Shown: positions 1 through 10,054 of the stretch, in pieces | Layout of the letters: every line of letters starts with the position of its first letter | Position numbering within the stretch: the first letter of the stretch is position 1 | Assembly: GCA_043813875.1 (NCBI GenBank) | Contig: JBDRKP010000023.1 | Span: forward strand, 1 to 39,548 | Direction: 5' to 3' | Origin: an archaeon | GTDB lineage: Archaea > EX4484-52 > B79-G9 | Length of the DNA: 39,548 bases | Translations under genes and position numbers: made by a program | The notes under the pieces: generated by a model | Databases searched by the model: none | Told to the model about the DNA's origin: nothing | Seen by the model: only the letters and a program-made list of their open reading frames with translations

Positions 1-61
1 TCTCAAGTTCCCTTAGAACAGATAACTTAAATTCCCTTGAAAATTGTCTTCTTATTCCCAT
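1..61 (-). CDS. IS3-family transposase OrfA N-terminus (partial)
   Basis: Own translation MGIRRQFSREFKLSVLRELE matches the RRxFSxEFK start of HTH_Tnp_1 proteins; SD GAGGTG upstream. Confidence 0.75.
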   Translation of the reverse strand, partial: MGIRRQFSREFKLSVLRELE

Positions 62-139
62 TTTCTGCACCTCATATTTAGCGTACTTTTGCTCACTTTT
101 ATTCGTTATCTATGTGTCCGCCTTTAGGGGTGCACTCCA
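1..139 (-). mobile_element. Left end of an IS3-family insertion sequence (continues beyond window start)
   Basis: Minus strand begins TGGAGTGCACCCCTAAAGGCGGACACA at 139, a 5'-TG IS3-like terminal repeat. It is followed by SD GAGGTG and an OrfA-like start. Confidence 0.75.
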
Positions 140-264
140 AACTTTCAATTATAGTTCACATCAAAAACATATATTATTACTTCATGATTTTATGCTTCGT
201 CGCTTATACGTTCGCGACATTTGTTTTTAGAAAGATTTAAATTATCTCTCCCCTAACTGTTTGC

Positions 265-849
265 ATGGTCTGTCAGATATGCGGTGAAAAATCTGGTTTT
301 TATCCACTATGCCTTGAATGCAATAAATTGAAAGAGGAAGGCAAAATCACTAAATGCGAAACTTGCGGAAAATGGAAAAAAGGCGACAAACCGCAATGCT
401 ATGACTGTTGGCTGAGCAGCAAGAAGGAGAAAGAAAAGGAATCAAATTCATATAAGCCCTCTGAAAGTGAAGTAGAGGAAAACAATTTCAGAAGCAAATT
501 TCCTGCAACTTTCCGTGCAGAAGATGGCCACTCCGTAAGATCAAAAGCCGAACAGATAATCGATAACTGGCTATATCATAAAGGCATAGTTCATGCTTAT
601 GAAAGGCGAGTTCCGATTGAAGAAGAAGTTTATTGTGATTTTTTCATACCTATTGGACAGAAGGTTTGGATTGAGTTTTGGGGTTTAGAAGAAAAGAAAT
701 ATCTCAAGAGAAAGGAGCTAAAAAAAGGCTACTATAACAACAACAAGAAGAACCTTATTGAACTGACCGATAAAGACATTGAAAATCTGGACGATGTTAT
801 GCCAATCAAATTAAGACCATTCTTACCGCCCAGATTCAGTTTTGATTAA
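265..849 (+). CDS. Zn-ribbon plus PD-(D/E)xK/Vsr-like nuclease-domain protein
   Basis: Four CxxC pairs in the first 50 aa; C-terminal GHSVRSKAEQIIDNWL...AYE...CDFFIP...WIEFWG pattern of restriction-endonuclease-like folds. Confidence 0.6.
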   Translation: MVCQICGEKSGFYPLCLECNKLKEEGKITKCETCGKWKKGDKPQCYDCWLSSKKEKEKESNSYKPSESEVEENNFRSKFPATFRAEDGHSVRSKAEQIIDNWLYHKGIVHAYERRVPIEEEVYCDFFIPIGQKVWIEFWGLEEKKYLKRKELKKGYYNNNKKNLIELTDKDIENLDDVMPIKLRPFLPPRFSFD

Positions 850-868
850 GGCCTTGAAACAATACTTT

Positions 869-1462
869 TCACTTCAAAACCTTATATTTCAAAACAACCA
901 CATCATCAAGCCGGATGACATCATAAAGCCCAAACTTCACATCTTTGCTAAGCTCCTTTTCGACAAACCTCACACCGCGCCCCAAAACAACCGGCGCGAC
1001 CGCCACACACACCTCATCAACCAGCCCCGAATCAAGCATAGCAGAAATCAGCGTCCCACCGCCCTCGACCATCAGCTTCCTGACACCCATTTTAGACAAC
1101 TCTGAAACAAGCATCTTAAGGTCGACCTCATCCGTCCCACAGACCACGACTCTTGCCTTCTTTGAGATTTTCGATGTATCCGCGCCAGAACAGACACCGA
1201 CAACCACATCACCCTCAAAGACCCGCGCTGAAAGCGGTATCCTGCACCGCGAATCAACAACAACGATCATCGGATCCTTTCCATATCCGTGCGCAGAAAG
1301 CCGCGGATCATCCTTGATGACCGTATTGATCCCGGCCATGATGGCATCACACTCAGCCCGTAGCGCATAAACCCTCTCCCAATCTAGATCATTCGAGAAC
1401 TCTCCCTCGATTCTGCCATCAAGGCTCATAGCGCAATTAACAACAATGTACATATTAGCCAT
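869..1462 (-). CDS. RibD_C/Rib7-type 2,5-diamino-6-ribosylamino-4(3H)-pyrimidinone 5'-phosphate reductase (no deaminase domain)
   Basis: AMSLDGRI, DAIMAGINTVIKDDPRL, VVDSRCR, LMVEGGGTL motifs. Confidence 0.9.
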   Translation of the reverse strand: MANMYIVVNCAMSLDGRIEGEFSNDLDWERVYALRAECDAIMAGINTVIKDDPRLSAHGYGKDPMIVVVDSRCRIPLSARVFEGDVVVGVCSGADTSKISKKARVVVCGTDEVDLKMLVSELSKMGVRKLMVEGGGTLISAMLDSGLVDEVCVAVAPVVLGRGVRFVEKELSKDVKFGLYDVIRLDDVVVLKYKVLK

Positions 1463-1587
1463 TTTCCTCTGATATTGACATTAAACATCATCCAGCAACA
1501 GGCGCTTCACCCGTCCATTTTAATTATAGTTAACGTCGTAAGTTCAATGACAAATTTAATCAATGAACAAAAGGCGTTAATCTATAT

Positions 1588-1623
1588 GTCAAAGACATTA
1601 GTCTAAAGAGTTATGTCTTTGAC
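1588..1623. repeat. 11-bp inverted repeat (possible terminator or operator)
   Basis: GTCAAAGACAT (1588-1598) and ATGTCTTTGAC (1613-1623) with a 14-nt spacer. Confidence 0.6.
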
Positions 1624-1740
1624 TTTACCTTTTACAGGGTCATTTACAGGGTCATTTACAGGGTCATCCAGTACATAATAGCCAGTCTTCGGCGCCCCTA
1701 GGAACCGGATAATCTTCTTATCTTTTAGATTATTATTAAT
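1603..1740 (-). pseudogene. C-terminal winged-HTH remnant of a Fic/AlbA-HATPase-type protein
   Basis: Start-less frame INNNLKDKKIIRFLGAPKTGYYVLDDPVNDPVNDPVKGKVKDITL*; the LKxKxII..GxxKxGY wing and DPVN repeats are typical of such C-termini. Confidence 0.5.
1631..1666. repeat. 12-bp tandem repeat x3 (TTTACAGGGTCA)
   Basis: Three perfect copies; they encode DPVN repeats on the minus strand. Confidence 0.95.
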
Positions 1741-2992
1741 CATCTTTATCGAGGTCGTCACACAACAATTCAGGCATATTCAGGCTTTTTATTTCAGGTA
1801 ACGAAGAGCCTATAACTCCTTGCATACCTCCATACATTTTTGCAATGCCATAAAAAGCTTGCTCTATTTGTTTTTCTCTCTTAGACCATATTTTTGTCAT
1901 AGCTCTTTTCTCTTTTTGAAGGTCATTCATCATTTGAGCAAAAGCTTCACCTGTAGATTCCACTGTTTGTCTAAACTCTCTTCCGGTTATATAATTATAC
2001 AATAATTCCATTTTTTCATTCCTGCCAACATTAAAACTTTTGGTTCTTGCAATCTCAAATAGCTGGTTCCTTAATAATGTTGTTACAGGGATAATCGATT
2101 TGTAATGTATAATTATTATTCCTTCAACACAATCAAAATTAGAAATGCTCTCGGGAAGTGCTGTTGAAACTATGACCCCCATATCTGCTTTGGCTTCCCG
2201 TTGATCCTTTTTAAGTTTTGAAATCCAATTATTGTTCCATTTCTTTGCATTTTTGGATTCTATTAAAATAGTTCCACAAATTTTTCCAGAATTTGAACAT
2301 ACTTTTTGTAGAATATCTGCCCCACTGATACCAGAAGATATAGGTTCAATTTGGTCATAAATAAAATTTTCTTTTAAAACATACTCTAATTCCAGTTCGA
2401 GAACTTCACCCTGTAACTTTTGGGAGCCTTGCTCAGCTTTCATCTTCCACTCAGTAATTTGTTTTCTCAAATCGTCAATCTGTTTCTGCTTTTCTCTATC
2501 TTTCAATTCGTGTTCTTCGGATACATTTTTAACTGCATCCTCATAAAGTTTTGTCTTACTCTCATCCAATTTTCTCTCAATTTCAAGTTCAAAATTCCTC
2601 TTATCTTCTTCAAGCTTTCGCTGTTCTTTTCTTAGTTTAAGTTCCTCATTTTGAGACTTTTCTAACAGTTCATTTTTTTCATTGATCTGTTCCTGTAAAT
2701 CCTTTAGTTCTAACCCCATAGATTTGACTGCTTTCTTTTTTGCTTCCTTTTCTATTTCTTCTCTTTTTGACTCTAATGCATCTTCTATTTTCTCTGCGAA
2801 TGATTTTTTTAAATCATTTAACTGCTTATTTTTTCTATCTAGTTCAGAAGTGTATTTTTCTTCTGTTTTCTCCAACTCAGACTCAAACTCTCTACGTATC
2901 TTCTCTTCAATTGAATTGGTGAGAACTGTATCCAAAATTATATTTTTTTTACAATATGGACAAGTTATTTCCATTTTTTTCTGTTTTGGCAT
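1736..2992 (-). CDS. DUF2130-like coiled-coil protein with C-terminal PD-(D/E)xK-like domain
   Basis: N-terminal CPYC, long coiled coil, SQKLQGEVLELELE, GADILQ, ILIESK, WISKLKKDQR; SD AGGAGGT. Confidence 0.8.
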   Translation of the reverse strand: MPKQKKMEITCPYCKKNIILDTVLTNSIEEKIRREFESELEKTEEKYTSELDRKNKQLNDLKKSFAEKIEDALESKREEIEKEAKKKAVKSMGLELKDLQEQINEKNELLEKSQNEELKLRKEQRKLEEDKRNFELEIERKLDESKTKLYEDAVKNVSEEHELKDREKQKQIDDLRKQITEWKMKAEQGSQKLQGEVLELELEYVLKENFIYDQIEPISSGISGADILQKVCSNSGKICGTILIESKNAKKWNNNWISKLKKDQREAKADMGVIVSTALPESISNFDCVEGIIIIHYKSIIPVTTLLRNQLFEIARTKSFNVGRNEKMELLYNYITGREFRQTVESTGEAFAQMMNDLQKEKRAMTKIWSKREKQIEQAFYGIAKMYGGMQGVIGSSLPEIKSLNMPELLCDDLDKDD

Positions 2993-3031
2993 TTTAATAC
3001 CTCCTTATGTCCTAGTCTCTAGCGGAGTTAA

Positions 3032-5443
3032 TCACGCATTATTTGCTTCTATTGTGATTGTGTCGATAAGTGTTGGATAGAGGATCTTACAGGATCGTTT
3101 ATCATAGAAAATATAGTATGTGTGCGTAGACTCTATATTTTGTGTTGTGATAATAACGTACTCCTTATTTTCATTATCAACATCATACGCAGTATAATGG
3201 TATATGCCGTATTCGTTTCTCACAAACTCTTTTATTTTCAAAATTGAGGGATAATTATTATTGTCCATTAAAATTTGCAAGAAAACAGAAAGATTTTCTA
3301 GTAGTTTTTTAGTTTCTGTTTTATTACAGTTTTCCATTCTGCCATGTGCAAAATCGTTTCTGTATTTGACTATATCCTCAATTGTTTTGAATAAATCAAC
3401 TTTCTCTGAATCATAGTTGAATATTGTTTCTCTTTTGAAATAGTCTTTAAAACGGATATGAAATGCCTTGCTTTTGTTTAACAATTTAGAGAGTAAAGAT
3501 AAACAAAGACTACAATCACCTAAGCTTAGAAGCTTTTTTTGCATATTTTTTATTTTCGGATTAGCCAGAAATACATTTGAATTGAAATATAAATCAGAGA
3601 AGTCTTCATCTTTCTTAAGTTTTTCGAGAACAATAGATTCAATTTTATTCTTATAGAATTCTAAAATCAACTTTTTGGTAATATTATTTTTCGTTTTAAG
3701 ATGTTTTTTAAAGAAATTAAGAGTTTCATCGTCTATATCTTTTATTTCAATATTGTATTTTAATACATAGTGTTTTCTGAATAATTTCTCAAATTGCCAT
3801 GCTACTAGGAAGTTAATCTCTGAATCTCTATATATCTCATAATCCAGTTTCCAATCATCGCATATCGATTCATAACATATGTCGACCATACCGAATGTTC
3901 CATCTCCGGAATCATCGAATTGTGTGCTAATCGCTTGATAGAGAGGGTCAAAAAATAAAAAGTATAGCTTTTTTAATATTTTATCAAATGAATCAAGAAT
4001 GTCTTTAATCGTTGATTTTATTTCCTGTCCATATATCTCATTATCTTTCGCAATATTTGTCAATACATTCAATCTATACAAGTCTGATTTTTTAGTGGAA
4101 CCAACTGATGGGACAAAATGAAAGTATGCTAAATAGATTGACTTCAATAGCAACATGTCATCTTCGGTTACATCTTCCACATTAAAGAATCCCAAAATTT
4201 CCAGCATTTTCTTGAATTCATACTGTGAGATTGATTTCGGATAAAAAAACAATGGGTTTTTTGTAATGATATTGTATAGCTCTTCATCTTCAAGAGACTC
4301 TTTTAATCTTTTTGTTGGGATTTGTTTTTTAATAAAGCAATGATAGTTATTTATAGTATTAAATGAGCTACGTTCATCATGTGAAAAAATAAGAGGTCTA
4401 TTAGATGCTAAATCGAGAAATGTGTGGGTCTTAACAATGCCATAATTTGAGATGATTATGCGATCTTTTTCATTAATGTCATAGAATTCAAATCTGAGTG
4501 TGATTTGCTTTTTTTTCAATGAGTTATTCAAACAACTGATTAATATATTGTCATCAACACTAAGAAGGTACTGATTTAGCTTATATATTGTATCTGTTTT
4601 TTTGAATTTCTCTTGATAATAAATGATGTCTTTTTTTGGAAAGTTGAGCTTGTTAGAATCATTTAATTCGGCCAATATCTCTTTCATATTATCTTTGTTA
4701 ATTAATCCTGTACTTATTAGCTTTTCAGAGAAGAACACATCGTTTCTCAATTTTATTTTTTCAATACTTGAAATCAAAGGCAATATTCCCAAAGGACCTA
4801 ATACATATTTTTTGTTTTTTTTGTCGTTGTTTATTTCTATATTCTCAAGTCGCCAATGAGCAATATTATTGTTGTAATATTGATGGTTGATTACGCCCGG
4901 TTCAGACAAATTTTCAAATTCTTCGGAAGATAATACTCCTTGATTAGATTTAACATTTCCAATCTCTTGCCCCAATAACATTTCTTCACGAAAAGCAAAC
5001 TCAAAAATAAGGTTTTTGTCTGTGTTTTTTAACATATCTTCTATTTTCTTAGATTTACTGCGCTTTAGAATACTTCTTAACTTTTCTATGTTCTCTTTGT
5101 CCTGAAGAAGTTCATAATAAAATTGGGCTTTATGATAACTAATCACATTTATTTGAGATACTGGCTGAGGTAAAACAGATTCTATCCATTTGTTCTTTAT
5201 TTTGTTCTCTAAAATATCTAAGTATGTTGAAAAACCAGTACTTTCAAGTCTATTTAATCTCTTTTTAAATTCAACTTCATCAATTTCGAGAAATCGTAGT
5301 ATTTCCCAAAAATAGGCATTATTTATAATCTTTTTTTTGGTATTATTGTCGTACTTTTCCAATAATTCTACATTAAAAACATTTTTTCTTAATTGGTCTA
5401 AAAATATCTGAGCCGTTTCTGCAATATCGTTCATATTTATCAT
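3032..5443 (-). CDS. Large AT-rich hypothetical protein with C-terminal HEPN-like RxxxxH motif
   Basis: 803-aa ORF; LSLGD...IEDIVKYRNDFAHGR near the C-terminus; no other recognised domain. Confidence 0.55.
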   Translation of the reverse strand: MINMNDIAETAQIFLDQLRKNVFNVELLEKYDNNTKKKIINNAYFWEILRFLEIDEVEFKKRLNRLESTGFSTYLDILENKIKNKWIESVLPQPVSQINVISYHKAQFYYELLQDKENIEKLRSILKRSKSKKIEDMLKNTDKNLIFEFAFREEMLLGQEIGNVKSNQGVLSSEEFENLSEPGVINHQYYNNNIAHWRLENIEINNDKKNKKYVLGPLGILPLISSIEKIKLRNDVFFSEKLISTGLINKDNMKEILAELNDSNKLNFPKKDIIYYQEKFKKTDTIYKLNQYLLSVDDNILISCLNNSLKKKQITLRFEFYDINEKDRIIISNYGIVKTHTFLDLASNRPLIFSHDERSSFNTINNYHCFIKKQIPTKRLKESLEDEELYNIITKNPLFFYPKSISQYEFKKMLEILGFFNVEDVTEDDMLLLKSIYLAYFHFVPSVGSTKKSDLYRLNVLTNIAKDNEIYGQEIKSTIKDILDSFDKILKKLYFLFFDPLYQAISTQFDDSGDGTFGMVDICYESICDDWKLDYEIYRDSEINFLVAWQFEKLFRKHYVLKYNIEIKDIDDETLNFFKKHLKTKNNITKKLILEFYKNKIESIVLEKLKKDEDFSDLYFNSNVFLANPKIKNMQKKLLSLGDCSLCLSLLSKLLNKSKAFHIRFKDYFKRETIFNYDSEKVDLFKTIEDIVKYRNDFAHGRMENCNKTETKKLLENLSVFLQILMDNNNYPSILKIKEFVRNEYGIYHYTAYDVDNENKEYVIITTQNIESTHTYYIFYDKRSCKILYPTLIDTITIEANNA

Positions 5444-5483
5444 TTGTATTTATAAGATAAATAATTATGCTGTCATAGCGCAA

Positions 5484-6530
5484 TTAACAATGATATACAT
5501 ACTTCCCGCCAATCATGACTTCAAACCTCTGCGCCGCCATCCTCAAGACCGCCGTAGCATATGGATCATCCGTCTTGAGAAACTCCTCGTCAAAAAGCAC
5601 AAGATTCGCATCCGCGCCCTTCTCGATGAACCCGGAATTCCACCCGAACACCTTTGCAGGATTGACCGTCGCCATCTTCAGTATCTCTCTGGCATCGACC
5701 CTTCCGATCAGCATCCTGAACGCGTATTCCATCTCAGACATCATAGAAGCGCTATTACTCATCGCATTATCCGTCCCAAGACATACCAGGACACCTTCAT
5801 CGATCATCAAAGCAATATCCGGCATCTTAAGCCTGAAATATCCATTAGACCTCGGGCACACGACAATCGGTATCCTCAAAGAGCCGGCCCTTCTGATCTC
5901 ATCAACGCTTGCAGAATTCATATGCACCAGAAAGTCAGGCTTAAACCCAAGCGCCGCCTCAAGTTCACCTGATTTCGTTTCACATACATGGATACCTAAA
6001 AGCTTGCCGTAAGAATCATCTCTCTTCTCAGCCCTCACACTTCGCGCTCCATAACCGTCGCATTGCAAGAGAAACTCTTCACCTGGATACTCTGGCCTTC
6101 CGAAAATATTGACCCGGACATTAGAGAACTCAGTACATGCCATCTTGAGCAGATTTATCCCCTTGACGCCTCCCTCCCGGAAATCAGCAAAAGCACAAGT
6201 ACCTGTTCGCACCATCTCGGCGATTGCAGTCCTCATACCAGAAACAATGACCTCATCACTGGCAGTTTTAAGATATTTCTCCTTGATCCCGTCCTTGCCA
6301 CATACATTAACTAGATCCATCTCGAAAAACTTCTCACGCAGAAAATAGTCTCCCACATGCGTATGCGCATTTATGAACGCAGGAACGACAGACCTCTTCA
6401 GCCCGCCATCAACAGTCCCCTCACCGCAATCGGCAATCTTTCCATCCTCAACAACAACAAAGCCCTCATCTACATATTTAAGGTCGCGCCCAAGAAACAC
6501 AGGGCCACAGAACACATGTCTCTCAGTCAT
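5484..6530 (-). CDS. Metal-dependent amidohydrolase/deaminase
   Basis: FINAHTH (HxH), GIHVCE (HxxE), LVHM, LGTDN; start overlaps the ribBA stop. Confidence 0.85.
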   Translation of the reverse strand: MTERHVFCGPVFLGRDLKYVDEGFVVVEDGKIADCGEGTVDGGLKRSVVPAFINAHTHVGDYFLREKFFEMDLVNVCGKDGIKEKYLKTASDEVIVSGMRTAIAEMVRTGTCAFADFREGGVKGINLLKMACTEFSNVRVNIFGRPEYPGEEFLLQCDGYGARSVRAEKRDDSYGKLLGIHVCETKSGELEAALGFKPDFLVHMNSASVDEIRRAGSLRIPIVVCPRSNGYFRLKMPDIALMIDEGVLVCLGTDNAMSNSASMMSEMEYAFRMLIGRVDAREILKMATVNPAKVFGWNSGFIEKGADANLVLFDEEFLKTDDPYATAVLRMAAQRFEVMIGGKYVYHC

Positions 6531-7747
6531 AATCCCAGCTCATGCCCTAGTTTCTCCTGCTTGGCAAGAAGATACTTCTCATTATTCTTGTTCGGCTTCA
6601 CCCTAAGCGGCACGGTCCCTGCGATATCAATCCCGTAGCCCGAAAGCCCGGATATTTTGCGCGGGTTGTTCGTGATAAGCCTGATCCTCTTAAGCCCAAG
6701 GTCAGAAAGAATCTGCGCCCCGATCCCATACTCCCGTAAGTCTGCCCCGAACCCGAGCTTCTCGTTCGCCTCTACAGTATCAAGCCCGCCGTCCTGCAGT
6801 TCATAAGCGCGCATCTTATTAAGGAGCCCGATGCCTCTCCCTTCCTGGCGCATGTAAAGCACCACGCCGCATCCTTCCTCATTCACCAGTTTCATCGCCC
6901 GCTCGATCTGGTCCCCGCAGTCGCATCTAAGCGACCCGAAAACATCACCTGTGAGACACTCGGAATGCACCCTCACAAGCACCTCCTTCTCTTTTTTGAC
7001 ATCACCCATGACAAGCGCAAGATGGCACTGTCCATCGATCTTAGACTCATAAGCGACAGCCCTGAATTCACCGTATTTCGTAGGCATCCTGACATCAGCC
7101 GCGCGCTCGACAAGCACCTCATTTCTCCTCCGGTACTCAATCAGATCCTTGATTGTCGCGACCTTAAGACCATGCTTCCTGGCAAACACAAAAAGTTCAG
7201 GAACACGAGCCATCGTTCCGTCATCATTCATGATCTCACAGATAACGCCGGCGGGCTTTAGTCCGGCAAGCCGCGCAAGATCGACAGCCGCTTCAGTATG
7301 CCCTGTCCGCACAAGCACACCGCCTAAAACAGCCCTGAGCGGAAAGATATGCCCTGGCCTCGAAAAATCAGTGCCTTTTGAATCAGTATCTATCGCCTTA
7401 AGTATAGTGGTCGCCCTGTCATGCGCAGAAATCCCTGTAGTCGTACCCTCTTTCGCATCAATAGACACAGTAAAGCCGGTCTCATGCTTATCAGTATTAT
7501 TGGCGACCATCTGCGATATCTCAAGTTCATTAAGTCTTTGTGCAGTCATAGGCATACATATGAGTCCCCTGCCATGTTTTGCCATGAAATTTATGATATC
7601 GGGAGTGACTTTTTCAGCGGCGCATACAAGATCTCCCTCGTTCTCCCTGTCCTCGTCATCGACGACAACAAGGATTCTCCCGCTGCGTATCTCATCAATA
7701 GCTTCATCTATCGTCGCAAAATCGTACTTCCTCATAATTGTCCCCAT
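6527..7747 (-). CDS. ribBA: Bifunctional DHBP synthase / GTP cyclohydrolase II
   Basis: [49 protein letters not shown]. Confidence 0.97.
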   Translation of the reverse strand: MGTIMRKYDFATIDEAIDEIRSGRILVVVDDEDRENEGDLVCAAEKVTPDIINFMAKHGRGLICMPMTAQRLNELEISQMVANNTDKHETGFTVSIDAKEGTTTGISAHDRATTILKAIDTDSKGTDFSRPGHIFPLRAVLGGVLVRTGHTEAAVDLARLAGLKPAGVICEIMNDDGTMARVPELFVFARKHGLKVATIKDLIEYRRRNEVLVERAADVRMPTKYGEFRAVAYESKIDGQCHLALVMGDVKKEKEVLVRVHSECLTGDVFGSLRCDCGDQIERAMKLVNEEGCGVVLYMRQEGRGIGLLNKMRAYELQDGGLDTVEANEKLGFGADLREYGIGAQILSDLGLKRIRLITNNPRKISGLSGYGIDIAGTVPLRVKPNKNNEKYLLAKQEKLGHELGL

Positions 7748-7776
7748 ACTTTTCTAGTTCTATATAACGCTAATGC

Positions 7777-7872
7777 CATTGTTCTACTAAGATATTGTTC
7801 TATATTACACCATTGCTATTGGACTATTTCTCTATTATTCTATATGACAATATTGCTATCTCACCATATTGT
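7777..7872. repeat. Degenerate 8-bp periodic tract, about 12 units (consensus TATnnnnC)
   Basis: In-register units cattgttc, tactaaga, tattgttc, tatattac, accattgc, tattggac, tatttctc, tattattc, tatatgac, aatattgc, tatctcac, catattgt. Confidence 0.55.
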
Positions 7873-7904
7873 ACTATCACAATAACACAGCATCAAGACA
7901 TGGC

Positions 7905-8321
7905 TTACCTGAACTTCCTGGCAAGCTTCACCGCCGCTTCAACTGCATTCTTCGCGTTCTTGATCCTCTGGTGCCCTTCAAGCCTGCTCATGCCGGGCCC
8001 AGTGATACCGAAACCAATCGGCTTGTTATATTCAAGAGACAAGTCCATGATCTTCCTTGCCGAATGCTGCGCCACAAGCTCGTCATGGTCCGTCGCTCCC
8101 TCGATCACCGACCCGAGCGCGACAAGCGCATCGATATCCTTTCGCTCGATAAGGTTCCTGCACGCGAACGGTATCTCGAAACATCCCGGCACTAAAACAG
8201 TCTCCACAACCTCGCAGCCAAGGAACTTGGCATGCTCAGTAGCGAGATTGATCATCGCCTGCGAGAGATCGAAATTGAACTCCGCGGCAACGATACCTAT
8301 CCTCAATTTTTTATCATCCAT
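7905..8321 (-). CDS. ribH: 6,7-dimethyl-8-ribityllumazine synthase
   Basis: IGIVAAEFN, VPGCFEIP, LGSVIEGATDHDE; SD GGTGAT. Confidence 0.95.
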   Translation of the reverse strand: MDDKKLRIGIVAAEFNFDLSQAMINLATEHAKFLGCEVVETVLVPGCFEIPFACRNLIERKDIDALVALGSVIEGATDHDELVAQHSARKIMDLSLEYNKPIGFGITGPGMSRLEGHQRIKNAKNAVEAAVKLARKFR

Positions 8322-8338
8322 AAAATCACCTGTTCTAT

Positions 8339-9458
<1,120 letters not shown>

Positions 9459-9497
9459 AGTAATAGATAGCGCACCAAAAACTTAAATATGTTATGC

Positions 9498-9513
9498 TAC
9501 TCATTTTTGAGTA
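9498..9513. promoter_or_regulatory. Candidate RbkR operator TACTCA-N4-TGAGTA
   Basis: Perfect palindrome just upstream of the TATA-like TATTTAAG (9489-9482, minus), which lies about 30 nt before the ribK ATG. Confidence 0.75.
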
Positions 9514-9572
9514 TATTTTTATCAGGGGTAAGTTTTATAAGATTATAATGATTATTATTCGCAAGTGGTAAT

Positions 9573-9824
9573 ATGGATATAGATCAGATAGGAAAGGTGA
9601 CTTCAAGTTACAGAGTTAAAGAATCTGGAGGTAAAGATAGGTGTACCTTAAGTTTTTGTGGTGGTCCGAATGATGTTGATTTCCTCGAAGGGGCACATGC
9701 TGGTGAAAAAATCATTGACAAATATACTGCTATGGTAGAAAAGAATGCCGCTAAACCTATGTATTTAGATATTGTGAAAATATTGATTGAAAAAAATAAA
9801 AGCTACAATGTGACTAAATTATAG
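9573..9824 (+). CDS. Hypothetical protein (83 aa)
   Basis: ORF in an otherwise empty interval, with TTTTATAA about 35-40 nt upstream; no recognisable motif. Confidence 0.45.
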   Translation: MDIDQIGKVTSSYRVKESGGKDRCTLSFCGGPNDVDFLEGAHAGEKIIDKYTAMVEKNAAKPMYLDIVKILIEKNKSYNVTKL

Positions 9825-10054
9825 GATTTCATACAATACACATGAGTGATCCAATTCCCGCCAAAAACATTTATAAACATTCCCCGTCAAAAAGATACTT
9901 GGGTCATTATGATCGGTGAACGCTTTACAATTCAGAAACTCTGAAACCCTTCATTTCAATAGCTTTTTCTATAAATCCATCGTTTCTTATTTAAGCATTA
10001 TCCACATACTTATTTCTATCATTATTGACAATCAAAAACTTAGCGAGGCGATTT

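Noticed and set aside
9901..9949. Confident C/D box sRNA call
   Set aside because: C box is imperfect and the span is too short for a two-guide sRNA; kept only as a low-score finding.
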